64,000 nt of DNA from Candidatus Beckwithbacteria bacterium. Lineage in GTDB: Bacteria; Patescibacteriota; Microgenomatia; UBA1400; CG1-02-47-37. How positions within the stretch are numbered: the first letter of the stretch is position 1; every line of letters begins with the position of its first letter. Made by a program: the position numbers and the translations under genes. The stretch lies in NCBI GenBank assembly GCA_026397255.1, contig JAPLVF010000007.1:3129-67128 (forward strand), written 5' to 3'. The notes below the pieces were generated by a model. That model ran no database searches. It was not told the DNA's origin and saw nothing but the letters and a program-made list of their open reading frames with translations. Positions 17,304 through 29,884 of the stretch are shown in pieces.

Positions 17304-18110
17304 ATGAAACAGTTTAAAAAACCAAGACAACAAAAAGTTGTTTGGAAAAAATATTTGACATTTTTTTTAATTTTTACTTCGATTTTAGTTGGTGGGGCTG
17401 TGGGTATTAAAGAAGTCAAAGCCAGTCTTTGGGACGGACAAACTAATTTTGCTTGGGTGGAACAAGATAAAGATATCAAGGTGATTTTACTGATTCCCCA
17501 GCAGAAAAAAGAAGTTGCTTTTGCTATTTCGGCAGAGGCTTTGGCAAAAGTCGGTTTCGGTTTCGGCGAGTATCGGTTGGGGAAAGTTTTTGACCTAGGA
17601 GAATTGGAAAAAAAAGGCGGAAAATTACTGGCAAGAACAGCTCAAGACCTCTTGGGTATCGGCGTGACTGGTTGGCAGATAGGAGGGAAGAGCAATTTAA
17701 GCCATTGGGACCGGTTAAGAATTGCCTGGTTTAGAACTTGGCAGGAAAAAGGCCGAGTGAGAAAAATTGATTGGCAACAAAGCAGTGATGACTTAATCCA
17801 TCAGGCAGTCTTTGATGAAAAGATTGCGGCGGAAGGACTAACCGTGGCGGTTCTCAACGCGACTGATACCGAAGGAGTAGGTAATGCTCTCAGCCGGCAA
17901 ATTGACAATTTGGGGTTTGAGGTGACTTTAATCGGTAATAAAGACAACGAAAAACAAAGCTATTTTTTAATTAATGAGCGTTTTAAAAATAAACAGGCTT
18001 TACTGAGTTTAAGAAAATGGCTGAATATTAATTTAGTTAAATATGGTGATGTGGATGAGTATAGGTCTGATATAGTAGTGGTAGTTGGCGAGGACTATAC
18101 TACTCTATAA
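17304..18110 (+). CDS. Membrane protein with LytR C-terminal domain
   Basis: TM helix; VAVLNAT..EG.G ... DIVVVVGED. Confidence 0.7.
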   Translation: MKQFKKPRQQKVVWKKYLTFFLIFTSILVGGAVGIKEVKASLWDGQTNFAWVEQDKDIKVILLIPQQKKEVAFAISAEALAKVGFGFGEYRLGKVFDLGELEKKGGKLLARTAQDLLGIGVTGWQIGGKSNLSHWDRLRIAWFRTWQEKGRVRKIDWQQSSDDLIHQAVFDEKIAAEGLTVAVLNATDTEGVGNALSRQIDNLGFEVTLIGNKDNEKQSYFLINERFKNKQALLSLRKWLNINLVKYGDVDEYRSDIVVVVGEDYTTL

Positions 18111-18131
18111 AAGAGGTATAAAATTTAAGCT

Positions 18132-18842
18132 ATGTCCGGACATTCTAAGTGGGCGACCATTAAGCATAAAAAGGCGGTGACTGACAATAAGCGGGGTCAG
18201 ATATTTACTAAATTGATCAGAGCGATTACTGTCGCGGCGAGAGACGGCGGTGATTTAAATAGTAATTTTAAGTTAAGATTAGCGGTAGAAAAAGCCAGAG
18301 TAGTCAATATGCCCAAAGCTAACATTGAGCGGGCAGTGGAGCGTGGCAGCGGGGTCGGAGAGGGAGGCAGTGGGTTAGCGGAGGGGGTCTATGAGGGTTT
18401 TGGCCCGGGGAATATGGCAGTGATGGTGTCAGTTTTAACCGATAATAAAAATCGGACAGCCAGCGAGATAAAAAAAATTTTCGAAAGGGGTGGGGGAACA
18501 TTAGGACAGCCGGGCTCAGTGGCTTTTTTATTCGATAAAAAGGGCAGGTTATTGATTGAAAAAAAAGCCGAGACGGAAAGTGAAATTCTACAATTAATTG
18601 ATTTAGGGGCGGAGGATGTGGAAGAAGCGGAAGACGGAATTGAAGTTTTAACCCAGGCAAACAAATTAGCGGAAACAAAATTAAAAGTTGATCAGGCAGG
18701 TTTTACGGTTAAAGAAGCGGAATTGGTGTTTGTGCCGAAAAATTATTTGGTTTTAGAAGAGGAAATGAAAGGAAAGGCATTCCAGTTTTTAGAGACGTTA
18801 GATAATCATGATGATGTGCAGGAAGTTTATTCGAATATATGA
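18132..18842 (+). CDS. YebC/PmpR family protein
   Basis: MSGHSKWATIKHKK, YEGFGPG, TDNKNRT, DDVQEVYSN. Confidence 0.96.
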   Translation: MSGHSKWATIKHKKAVTDNKRGQIFTKLIRAITVAARDGGDLNSNFKLRLAVEKARVVNMPKANIERAVERGSGVGEGGSGLAEGVYEGFGPGNMAVMVSVLTDNKNRTASEIKKIFERGGGTLGQPGSVAFLFDKKGRLLIEKKAETESEILQLIDLGAEDVEEAEDGIEVLTQANKLAETKLKVDQAGFTVKEAELVFVPKNYLVLEEEMKGKAFQFLETLDNHDDVQEVYSNI

Positions 18843-19606
18843 GTAAGCGGACCAAGTTAGCAGTGACGGCGTTGGTGTTGACTTTGGGGTTAATCGGCAT
18901 TCAGTCGATTGAAATTGATTCACGCTATCAGGCGATCGGGCTTTTGGCGGGAATGGCCTATGGTTTGTCCGTCTGGGCTTTATTTGACGATTTGAAAGGA
19001 ATTGAATGGTTGACGGTGTTAATTTTGCCGGTTTTTTATCCGGTAGCGGTGGCTCTTTTCTATTTTTTATTGCCGGTAAGGTTATTGAGCCGGGTGATGA
19101 TTTTAAGTGTGTTTGGAATCGGCATGTATGCACTCCTCCTGACCGAGAATATTTTGTCAGTAGCGGCAATCAGGACGATTCAGTTATTAAGAGCGGCTCA
19201 CGCGGTGGGATTTTTAATTACTTTGGTAGTGGCCTTTTTTCTCTGGGATACGCTTTTCTCTTTCCGCTTCTTCCCTTGGTGGAATGGCTTGGCGGTTGGT
19301 TTAACTAGTTTAGGTTTAAGTTTACAGGCGGTTTGGAGTGTTAATCTTGAGGAAAAAATTTCTAAGGAAGTTTGGCAAAACAGTTTGGGCATTAGTTGGG
19401 GATTGGGAACATTGGCTTTAGTGATCAGCTTTTGGCCGGTAACCATTACCGTGGCTTCTCTGTTTTTAGTCAGTGGGTTATACGTCACGTTGGGTTTGGT
19501 GCAACATCGATTTTCCGGTAGATTATTTAGAAAAACCGTGGAGGAATATTTATGGGTAGCAGGATTAGTTTTAGGAATAACCTTTTTTTTAAGCCGTTGG
19601 CAATAG
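18839..19606 (+). CDS. Polytopic membrane hypothetical protein
   Basis: Multiple hydrophobic segments; overlaps yebC stop. Confidence 0.75.
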   Translation: MSKRTKLAVTALVLTLGLIGIQSIEIDSRYQAIGLLAGMAYGLSVWALFDDLKGIEWLTVLILPVFYPVAVALFYFLLPVRLLSRVMILSVFGIGMYALLLTENILSVAAIRTIQLLRAAHAVGFLITLVVAFFLWDTLFSFRFFPWWNGLAVGLTSLGLSLQAVWSVNLEEKISKEVWQNSLGISWGLGTLALVISFWPVTITVASLFLVSGLYVTLGLVQHRFSGRLFRKTVEEYLWVAGLVLGITFFLSRWQ

Positions 19607-19742
19607 CAGTAGAGGAGTAGTAAGGCCTATAATACATATTAACCTATAATAATTATAGGACTTTTCACAAAATCTTCTGATTGTTTTCACGATTTGGATT
19701 GTCATATCAAGCTTTTTTCATCGTGGTGGTTTGATATAGTCT

Positions 19743-20469
19743 TGTGGATAACTTTAGAGGACTACTTAGATAAGATAATAGATATTAGTAATTTGATATT
19801 AAAAGTTTACTGGCATGTTTAGTAGGGGTGTGGAGGTAGGAGAAGAATTGGAATTAATCTTTACTACCCTAAGGAGAGTTGTCAGCAATTGATAGGTTAG
19901 GGCTTTATTCGGGTATTGATTATGTCGCACAATGTATCTTTTGCGACCATGCTTCAGGCAATGGGGAGAGGGGGTGTTTGTTAGTACAAAGTTGTCGAAT
20001 AAAAAATATTTAGAAATTTTTTTAAATATATCAGCTATTTAATTTTTGTAATTCCTCTATTTCAGGCGGATTAGCCTTTTTTTGGTTTGACTAACCTTTC
20101 CCGAAACTATCAGACCCTCACCTACTATAAAACAACGATCATTACCATGCGGAAAAACAAAACGGGCTCTAGACGCGATTCTACGCGGTTTTCCTGAGGA
20201 AAAATGAGCGATCAAACTATTTGTTATTAGTTAAAACTGTGATATAACCTGGTTCAATTGGCCCAGCCAATTTGTCGTTTTTTGAAAGTTGACGAATGGT
20301 CTTAATGATTTTATCAGGACTGTGCTTTTGTTTTGTCCTTGACAATAAATTATTAATGTCGCACAATGTAACCGGTTGCGGAAAATTTATCCACAGCTAA
20401 AACTTATAGTATGCGAGAAATCAATGATAAAAAAGATTGATATAGCAACCTATCCCCTACTTATCCACA
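19743..20469. promoter_or_regulatory. Three consensus DnaA boxes in an ~880-bp non-coding region
   Basis: TGTGGATAA 19743-19751; TTATCCACA 20387-20395 and 20461-20469. Confidence 0.55.
19922..19949. other. dif-like tyrosine recombinase site (11-6-11)
   Basis: ATGTCGCACAA-TGTATC-TTTTGCGACCA; first 15 bp repeated at 20356-20370 upstream of xer. Confidence 0.55.
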
Positions 20470-20487
20470 TCCTGGCAGGTAAAAGAC

Positions 20488-21432
20488 ATGAGTGCTAAGG
20501 ATAAAATACAAACAAAAAACGAAGTCAGGCGTAATCAATATGTCGAAGAGTATTTGGAGTACCTGGAGATTGAACGGAACTGCTCGAGGCTGACAATCAG
20601 AAACTACCGGCATTATCTTTACCGTTTTCTCGAGTGGACAGACAAAAATCTAGCCAAGTTTGAGTTGACCCAGTTAAGTTTAGACCAGGTGACGAAGTAC
20701 CGGGTATTTTTAGCCAGATTTTTAAGTTTAAAAAATGAACCGCTCAGTCGGGCGACTCAGTCTTATCACGTTATCGCTTTGAGGTCGTTTTTAAAATATT
20801 TGATTAAGAGGGACGTAAAAACATTGGCGCCGGAGAAGATTGAGCTGCCGAAAAGCGAAAGTAAGTCGTTAAAATTTTTAACCGGAGAGCAGGTGGAAAG
20901 ATTGTTAGGCAGTGTGGGGATTGCCACCCTCTCAGAATTGAGGGATAAGGCGATTTTAGAGACTTTGTTTTCCACGGGCTTGAGGGTGTCCGAGTTGGTC
21001 AAGTTAAATAAGGGGGAAATCGATATAGACAGAGGTGAGTTCGGGGTCATTGGGAAAGGTGGCCGGCAGAGAGTGGTGTTTTTATCTAAAAGAGCCAAAG
21101 AGTGGCTGAAGCGGTATTTGGCAAAACGGGAAGACGAAGATGAGCCGCTGTTTATTAACTTACGGTACAAAGGGGATAAAGGTCGGTTAACTTGCCGGTC
21201 GGTGCAGCGGATTGTTAAAAAGTACGTCCGGGTGGCTAAATTACCGGTGAAGATTACCCCACATGGGCTAAGACATTCTTTTGCGACTGATTTGCTGACC
21301 GGCGGAGCGGATATCCGGGCGGTCCAGGAAATGCTGGGGCATAAAAATATCGCCACGACCCAAATCTACACTCATGTTACCAATCAGCGCTTAAAAGAGA
21401 TTTACGACAAAACGCATTTGGGAAACAGATAA
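20488..21432 (+). CDS. Xer-type tyrosine recombinase
   Basis: STGLRVSEL, GKG..QR, TPHGLRHSFAT, LGH..IATTQIY; N-terminal SAM-like domain. Confidence 0.93.
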   Translation: MSAKDKIQTKNEVRRNQYVEEYLEYLEIERNCSRLTIRNYRHYLYRFLEWTDKNLAKFELTQLSLDQVTKYRVFLARFLSLKNEPLSRATQSYHVIALRSFLKYLIKRDVKTLAPEKIELPKSESKSLKFLTGEQVERLLGSVGIATLSELRDKAILETLFSTGLRVSELVKLNKGEIDIDRGEFGVIGKGGRQRVVFLSKRAKEWLKRYLAKREDEDEPLFINLRYKGDKGRLTCRSVQRIVKKYVRVAKLPVKITPHGLRHSFATDLLTGGADIRAVQEMLGHKNIATTQIYTHVTNQRLKEIYDKTHLGNR

Positions 21433-21435
21433 CAC

Positions 21436-22147
21436 ACCTTCAAGGATTATCCCTGTAGGTATATGATTAATATATGCCGGCTAAAAATGTAATTAAGCAA
21501 TATAAGCCTAATAGTTATTATCATATTTACAATCGAGGTGTCGCGAAACAAAAAATCTTTTTAGATGCGGCTGATTATAAAAAATTCTTGAGTTATCTGA
21601 AGTTATATTTGATGCCATTTAACCTTCAAGGATTATCCCTGAAGGTGGCGCCCTCGAGAATGTTAAAAAACTATACCGATGAGGTTAAATTAATTTGTTA
21701 TTGTTTAATGCCTAATCATTTTCACTTGTTAGTTTGGCAAAAAAGTATTGATTCGATTAACCATTTTATGAGGTCATTAGGGACAAAATTTTCAATGTAT
21801 TTTAATCGTCGCTACAAAAGAGTTGGTCCAGTTTTTCAAAGTACTTATAAAGCGGTCGAGGTTGAGTCCGAAGAACAGCTGATTTATTTATCAAAGTACA
21901 TTCATTGTAATCCGAAAGATATATTGCCTACAGGGATAATCCTTGAAGGCTATAAATACTCCAGTTATCTAAATTATTTAGGGATTATTAACCAAAGTTG
22001 GGTTAAACACGAAGATATCTTAGAAATGCCTTTTTTCCGAGGAAAGAGTCTTTCTTACAAAAAATTTGTTGAAGAATCAGACGAAAGAGATTTAATTGTA
22101 ATCAAGAATGATCTATTAGAAGACCTACAGGGATAATCCTTGTAGGT
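21436..22147. repeat. Four copies of a 25-bp REP-like imperfect palindrome (family A)
   Basis: ACCTTCAAGGATTATCCCTG(T/A)AGGT at 21436-21460 and 21622-21646; inverted copies at 21926-21950 and 22123-22147. Confidence 0.85.
21474..22136 (+). mobile_element. REP-associated tyrosine transposase (RAYT, Y1/HUH, IS200-like)
   Basis: YYHIYNRG, YCLMPNHFHLL (HUH), YFN.RY.R.G.VFQ, YIH.NP, Y.YSSY; flanked by palindromes. Confidence 0.88.
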
Positions 22148-22149
22148 CA

Positions 22150-22593
22150 TTAGATTTTATAGACGGAATCGTAATCGTCAGGATCGCCCGCGGTTCCCTT
22201 ACAGTTTAAGAGAACTACCACAGTTGGTTTTTCTGAACCATCTGGGTCAATACACATATCTTGGTAAAGTTTGCGAGTGGAGATTTTTAGATAAGAGGCT
22301 AGTTTACTAAATGGTTCAAACGTTATAAACGTAGGTTCTTCTGCAGGAAAATTGATTATTATTCTTTTATCTGTACTTTCTTCAGCAAGCGGAAGTATTT
22401 CTTCTTCTAGCTTATGACAAATAATGATTACCGGAACCGGACCGACTTGGCCGGAAAAATATTTTAGAAGAGTTTGAGGAACTGTTTGTCTATCTGGATC
22501 AACAATAAGATGATTTTTAAGAAATTTTCCCAGATTACTGTCAAAAGATGCTGGTTCCCTAGTGACATTGCTAAATTCCGGTAATCTACTCAT
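22150..22593 (-). CDS. Hypothetical protein
   Basis: 147-aa ORF filling the gap; no recognisable motif. Confidence 0.5.
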   Translation of the reverse strand: MSRLPEFSNVTREPASFDSNLGKFLKNHLIVDPDRQTVPQTLLKYFSGQVGPVPVIIICHKLEEEILPLAEESTDKRIIINFPAEEPTFITFEPFSKLASYLKISTRKLYQDMCIDPDGSEKPTVVVLLNCKGTAGDPDDYDSVYKI

Positions 22594-22650
22594 ATTTTTA
22601 ACAAAAAACTGCCTCTCTGGGCAGTTGATTAAAGTGATTATACCACATTT

Positions 22651-25212
22651 TTATTCTTCTTCTGTTTCCTGTTTTTCCAAGAGGGCGACGGCGGCGACGG
22701 AATCGGCAGATTTGGCAAAGCGCATTAAAATCACTCCTTGGGTAGTGCGGCCGATACGTTTAATGTTTTTCAAGGGCAATTTAATTACCTGGGCTTTTTT
22801 GGAAGTGAGAATGACGGTTTCAATAATTTCGGTGACCAGCTGGGCAGAGACTAGTTTGCCGGTTTTCTCAGTGACCTGACTGGCTTTAACACCTTTGCCG
22901 CCGCGTTTTTGCAAAGGATACTCGGAGATGTCGGTCCGTTTACCCAAACCTTTTTCCATGACTACTAAAATATCCTGGAAGAATTTTCGTTTACCCTTAA
23001 CCTTTTTACGCAGAGGGTTAAAAACCGCCATGCCGACAACATAATCAGTCGGATTTAAGCGGATGCCCCGAATACCGCGGCAAGACCGGCCCAAAGGACG
23101 ACTATCGGTTTCGTTGAAATGAATTGACTGGCCGGAATAGGAAACTAAAAGAATGTGGTCGTGGCCGGAAGTCTGCTTGACCCAAACCAGTTGGTCATCC
23201 TTATCCAGTTTAATGGCAATAATTCCGCTACTACGAATGTTGCTGTAAGCGGCAGTGGCGGTTTTTTTAATCACGCCCTGACGGGTAACCATTAACAGAT
23301 AACCTTCGTTGAGTTTGTCTTTGGCTAAACTTAAAACTGACTGGATTTTTTCCGTTGATTCGATATTGATTAAATTAATGATTGCCTGACCCTTGGCTTG
23401 GCGGGAGCCGGCGGGAATTTCATAAACTTTTAACCTAAAAACCCGCCCCTTGTCCGTAAAGATCAAGAGAACGTCGTGAGTATTAGCGGAAAAAATCTGA
23501 TTAACCTCATCTTCTTCTTTGGTAGCCATACCGGTGACGCCTTTGCCGCCGCGGCGCTGAGAACGGTAAGTATTCATCGGCATGCGTTTGATGTAGCCGG
23601 TTTTGGTCATGGTGACGAGACAAGCTTCTTCCGGTTCCAGGTCTTCTTCGGAAAACTGTTTTAAAGAGTTTTTAATAATTTTGGTGCGGCGCGGGTCGGC
23701 ATATTTTTGCTTTAAATCCTTTAATTCCTGAGTGATGGTAGTAATAACTTTAGCCGGATTCAACAGCAAGGCAATCAAAATATCAATAGTTTTTTTGATG
23801 GCCCGATACTCGTCTTCAATTTTTTGTCTTTCCAGGGCGGCCAGGCGCCTAAGTTGCATATCCAAAATTGCTTGGGCCTGAATTTCCGAAAGCTTGAATT
23901 TTTTCATTAAATTAATTTTGGCGGTATCGGCGTCTTTGGATTTTTTAATGGTGGTGATCACCGCATCTAAATTATCAAGGGCAATTTTCAAACCTTCCAA
24001 AATATGAGCTCTTAATTTGGCGGCTTTAAGTTCAAATTGAGTGCGGCGGATCACCACCAACTGGCGGTGTTTTAAATATTCTAAAAGGATTTGGCGCAAA
24101 TTAAGCAGTTGCGGCGTGCCGTCCACCAGGGCGACGAGATTAGCGGGAAAGCTGCTTTGGAGTTCGGTGTGTTTAAAAAGATTATTGAGAACGGCTTTGG
24201 GTTTGGCTTCTTTTTTCAATTCGATGCAGATTTGCAGACCTTGACGGTCGGATTCATCGCGCAGATCTTTGATGCCGTTTAATTTTTTATTGCGGACCAA
24301 ATCGGCAATTTTAGCAATGAGACGGGCCTTATTAACCTGGTAAGGCAACTGGGTAACTAAAATTTGAAACCGGCCTTTACGTTCAACAATTTCGGTTTTG
24401 GCCCGGACGATAATTGAACCACGGCCAGTGGTATAAACTTGTTCGATAGTAGCTTGATCGTAAATAATGCCGGCGGTGGGAAAATCCGGTCCGGGAATAG
24501 CGGCCATTAAATCGGCGGAGGTGACGGTTGATTCCAGACTGCCGGTTAATAATTCCGGGGCAACCGTTTCCGGATTAGTCAGTTTTTCCGGACGTTGCGG
24601 ATGAGGAATGATTTTAGTTTTGGTAACGACAATATTGATCGCGTTAACCACTTCACCTAAGTTGTGCGGGGGAATTTTAGTGGCCATACCGACAGCGATG
24701 CCATCGGCGCCCATTAACAAAAGATTGGGCAGTTTGGCCGGCAGAACCAACGGTTCTTTTAAGGAAGCGTCAAAATTGTCAATAAAATCGACGGTTTCCT
24801 GATTCAATTCGTTTAAAAGTTCGTCAGAGATTTTGGCTAAGCGGACTTCGGTATAACGCATGGCGGCGGGTGAATCGCCGTCAACCGAACCGAAGTTGCC
24901 ATGGCCGTCCACCAGAGGGTATCTTAAAGAAAAATCCTGGGCCATTCGGACCATGGCGTCATAGACAGCCATATCGCCGTGCGGATGGTATTTACCTAAA
25001 ACTTCGCCGACGACGCGGGCGGATTTTTTGTAGGCGGAGGAATGAGTAATCCCCTGCTCTTTCATGGCGTAAAGAATCCGGCGGTGGACAGGTTTTAAAC
25101 CATCGCGGACATCCGGTAGGGCCCGAGCGACAATTACGCTCATGGCATAGTCCAAGTAACTCCGCTTCATTTCGGAAGTGATCTCGACCGGCTGGAGTTT
25201 ACCGATATCCAT
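22651..25212 (-). CDS. gyrA: DNA gyrase subunit A
   Basis: [22 protein letters not shown], GyrA-box QRRGGKG. Confidence 0.97.
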   Translation of the reverse strand: MDIGKLQPVEITSEMKRSYLDYAMSVIVARALPDVRDGLKPVHRRILYAMKEQGITHSSAYKKSARVVGEVLGKYHPHGDMAVYDAMVRMAQDFSLRYPLVDGHGNFGSVDGDSPAAMRYTEVRLAKISDELLNELNQETVDFIDNFDASLKEPLVLPAKLPNLLLMGADGIAVGMATKIPPHNLGEVVNAINIVVTKTKIIPHPQRPEKLTNPETVAPELLTGSLESTVTSADLMAAIPGPDFPTAGIIYDQATIEQVYTTGRGSIIVRAKTEIVERKGRFQILVTQLPYQVNKARLIAKIADLVRNKKLNGIKDLRDESDRQGLQICIELKKEAKPKAVLNNLFKHTELQSSFPANLVALVDGTPQLLNLRQILLEYLKHRQLVVIRRTQFELKAAKLRAHILEGLKIALDNLDAVITTIKKSKDADTAKINLMKKFKLSEIQAQAILDMQLRRLAALERQKIEDEYRAIKKTIDILIALLLNPAKVITTITQELKDLKQKYADPRRTKIIKNSLKQFSEEDLEPEEACLVTMTKTGYIKRMPMNTYRSQRRGGKGVTGMATKEEDEVNQIFSANTHDVLLIFTDKGRVFRLKVYEIPAGSRQAKGQAIINLINIESTEKIQSVLSLAKDKLNEGYLLMVTRQGVIKKTATAAYSNIRSSGIIAIKLDKDDQLVWVKQTSGHDHILLVSYSGQSIHFNETDSRPLGRSCRGIRGIRLNPTDYVVGMAVFNPLRKKVKGKRKFFQDILVVMEKGLGKRTDISEYPLQKRGGKGVKASQVTEKTGKLVSAQLVTEIIETVILTSKKAQVIKLPLKNIKRIGRTTQGVILMRFAKSADSVAAVALLEKQETEEE

Positions 25213-25221
25213 AAATTTAGT

Positions 25222-27219
25222 TTATTTACCAATGAATTGAATAACAAAAGGCGCGATTAATAAAGCCACAATCTGGACAATTTTCATCATCGGATTAAGA
25301 GCCGGTCCAGAGGTGTCTTTTAAGGGGTCGCCGACAGTATCGCCGACGACCGCCGCTTTATGGGCATCACTGCCTTTGCCGCCGAAGTGACCATCCTCGA
25401 TGTATTTTTTGGCATTGTCCCAAGCGCCGCCACCATTACACATAAACAGGGCTAAGGTTAAGCCGGAAACAACCACGCCGCCCAAAAAACCGCCTAAAGC
25501 TTCAGCGCCTAACAAGCTGACGATAATAGGAAAAGTAATCACAATGGCAGCCGGAATGATCAGTTCTTTTTGAGCAGCGGCGGTAACAATGGTGACCGCC
25601 CTAGAATAATCCGGTAAATTTTTCCCTTCCATGATGCCTTTGATGGTCTTAAATTGCCGGCGGACCTCTTCAACGACTTCAAAGGCGGCACGGCCAACTG
25701 AACCGATCAAGCGGGAGCTGAACAAGAACGGTAGACTGACGCCTAATAAAAGCCCGATAAAGACTTTGGGGTTGGCAATGTTGATTGCATTTAGTTTGGT
25801 CGCTTCAAAATAAGTGGCAAATAAGGAGGAAGCGGCCACGGCGGCAGAGCCGACAGCAAAACCTTTGGTTAAGGCTTTAGTGGTGTTGCCGACAGCATCC
25901 AGGTTGCTGGTGACTTTTGGGGCCTTACCCTGTAAATGGGCCATTTCGACCATACCCTGGGCGTTATCACTAATCGGGCCAAAAGTGTCCAAAGACATAA
26001 TAATGCCGGTGGTAGCCAGCATGCCCATACCGGCCAGAGAGATACCGTAAAAACCTAAAAATAGATAACCAAGCAAGATTGTGGCAGCCACAATTAAGAC
26101 CGAGAAAAAAGTCGACTCCATACCTAAAGCCAGACCGCTGATTAAATTTGTGCCGGCGCCGGTTTGAGCGGCTTTGGCAGTGGTAACGACCGGTTTTTCA
26201 CCTGGTCCGGTATAGTATTTGGTGACGTAAAGTAAAGCCAGCATGGCGACAATACCGGTGACGGCGGCGTAACCCGCCTTTGGTTCGCCTAAAAGAAAGG
26301 TGGCCAAAAGCATAAAAATAATGATGGCGGCCACAGCGGAAACAATAAAACCACGGATTAAGGGTTTGATCGGATCTTCCCGATCGGACTTAGCTTTGAC
26401 AAAAAAGGTGCCTAAAATTGAGGTTAGGATTGCGCCGGAACGGGCTAGCAGAGGGAAAACGACCCCTTTTAGGCCAAACATCGCTCCGCCTAAAATCATG
26501 GCGGCAACAATAGTTAGGGCGTAAGATTCAAAAACATCGGCGGCCATACCGGCGCAGTCACCCACATTATCACCGACATTATCAGCGATGACGGCGGGGT
26601 TACGCGGATCGTCTTCCGGTATCCCCTTCTCCACTTTACCGACCAGGTCAGCGCCGACATCGGCGGCTTTGGTGAAAATACCACCGCCTACCCGCATAAA
26701 TAAAGCGATTAAGGCGGCGCCGAAGCCATAGCCCACTAACACCTGAGTGGCGTCAGTGTGGCTAAAATAAGACCAAACGTAGATTAAAGAAACACCCAAC
26801 AAACCTAAACCAACCACCAACATACCGTTAACCGTCCCGGCGGAAAAAGCAGTTTTTAAAGCCGGGTTTAAACCTTTTAAGGCGTTGTTAGCCGTGCGGA
26901 CATTCGCTTTAACGGCAATCCACATGCCTAAATAGCCAATCAGGGCGCTAAAAAACGCCCCCATCAAAAAAGTGGCGGCAATCCCCTTCCCTAGACCGAA
27001 ATAAATCGCTAAAGTTAAAACTACCACAATGGGTAGAATGACTATAAATTGTTTTTTTAAGTAAGCCATGGCGCCATTTTGAACGGCCAGAGCGATTTGT
27101 TGAAGTTTCTCGTTTTCGACCCCTTCTTTTAAGATTTTTTTAGTTAAAATAAAACCGTAAATTAAGGCAGTAATGGCAGTGGCCGGGGCAAACAGAAGAG
27201 CAATAATCTGGATATTCAT
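25222..27219 (-). CDS. hppA: Membrane-bound pyrophosphatase, probably K+-independent H+-pumping type
   Basis: GGGIFTKAADVGADLVGKVE, DNVGDNVGD, GNTTKA (Lys at the K+-dependence position), GDTVGDPLKD. Confidence 0.93.
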   Translation of the reverse strand: MNIQIIALLFAPATAITALIYGFILTKKILKEGVENEKLQQIALAVQNGAMAYLKKQFIVILPIVVVLTLAIYFGLGKGIAATFLMGAFFSALIGYLGMWIAVKANVRTANNALKGLNPALKTAFSAGTVNGMLVVGLGLLGVSLIYVWSYFSHTDATQVLVGYGFGAALIALFMRVGGGIFTKAADVGADLVGKVEKGIPEDDPRNPAVIADNVGDNVGDCAGMAADVFESYALTIVAAMILGGAMFGLKGVVFPLLARSGAILTSILGTFFVKAKSDREDPIKPLIRGFIVSAVAAIIIFMLLATFLLGEPKAGYAAVTGIVAMLALLYVTKYYTGPGEKPVVTTAKAAQTGAGTNLISGLALGMESTFFSVLIVAATILLGYLFLGFYGISLAGMGMLATTGIIMSLDTFGPISDNAQGMVEMAHLQGKAPKVTSNLDAVGNTTKALTKGFAVGSAAVAASSLFATYFEATKLNAINIANPKVFIGLLLGVSLPFLFSSRLIGSVGRAAFEVVEEVRRQFKTIKGIMEGKNLPDYSRAVTIVTAAAQKELIIPAAIVITFPIIVSLLGAEALGGFLGGVVVSGLTLALFMCNGGGAWDNAKKYIEDGHFGGKGSDAHKAAVVGDTVGDPLKDTSGPALNPMMKIVQIVALLIAPFVIQFIGK

Positions 27220-27232
27220 ATTTCTCCTATAA

Positions 27233-29858
<2,626 letters not shown>

Positions 29859-29884
29859 ATTTAATAGTATATAATAGTTTTATT

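Noticed and set aside
19607-20487. Firm call as oriC or replication terminus
   Set aside because: Only three DnaA boxes, no dnaA/dnaN nearby, and no visible GC-skew switch across the region
21436-22147. CRISPR array interpretation of the 25-bp repeats
   Set aside because: Irregular 160-280 bp spacing, mixed orientation, inside a CDS, no cas genes
20488-22593. Prophage or integrative island around the recombinase
   Set aside because: Xer-like housekeeping features; no phage or conjugation genes; no att repeats seen
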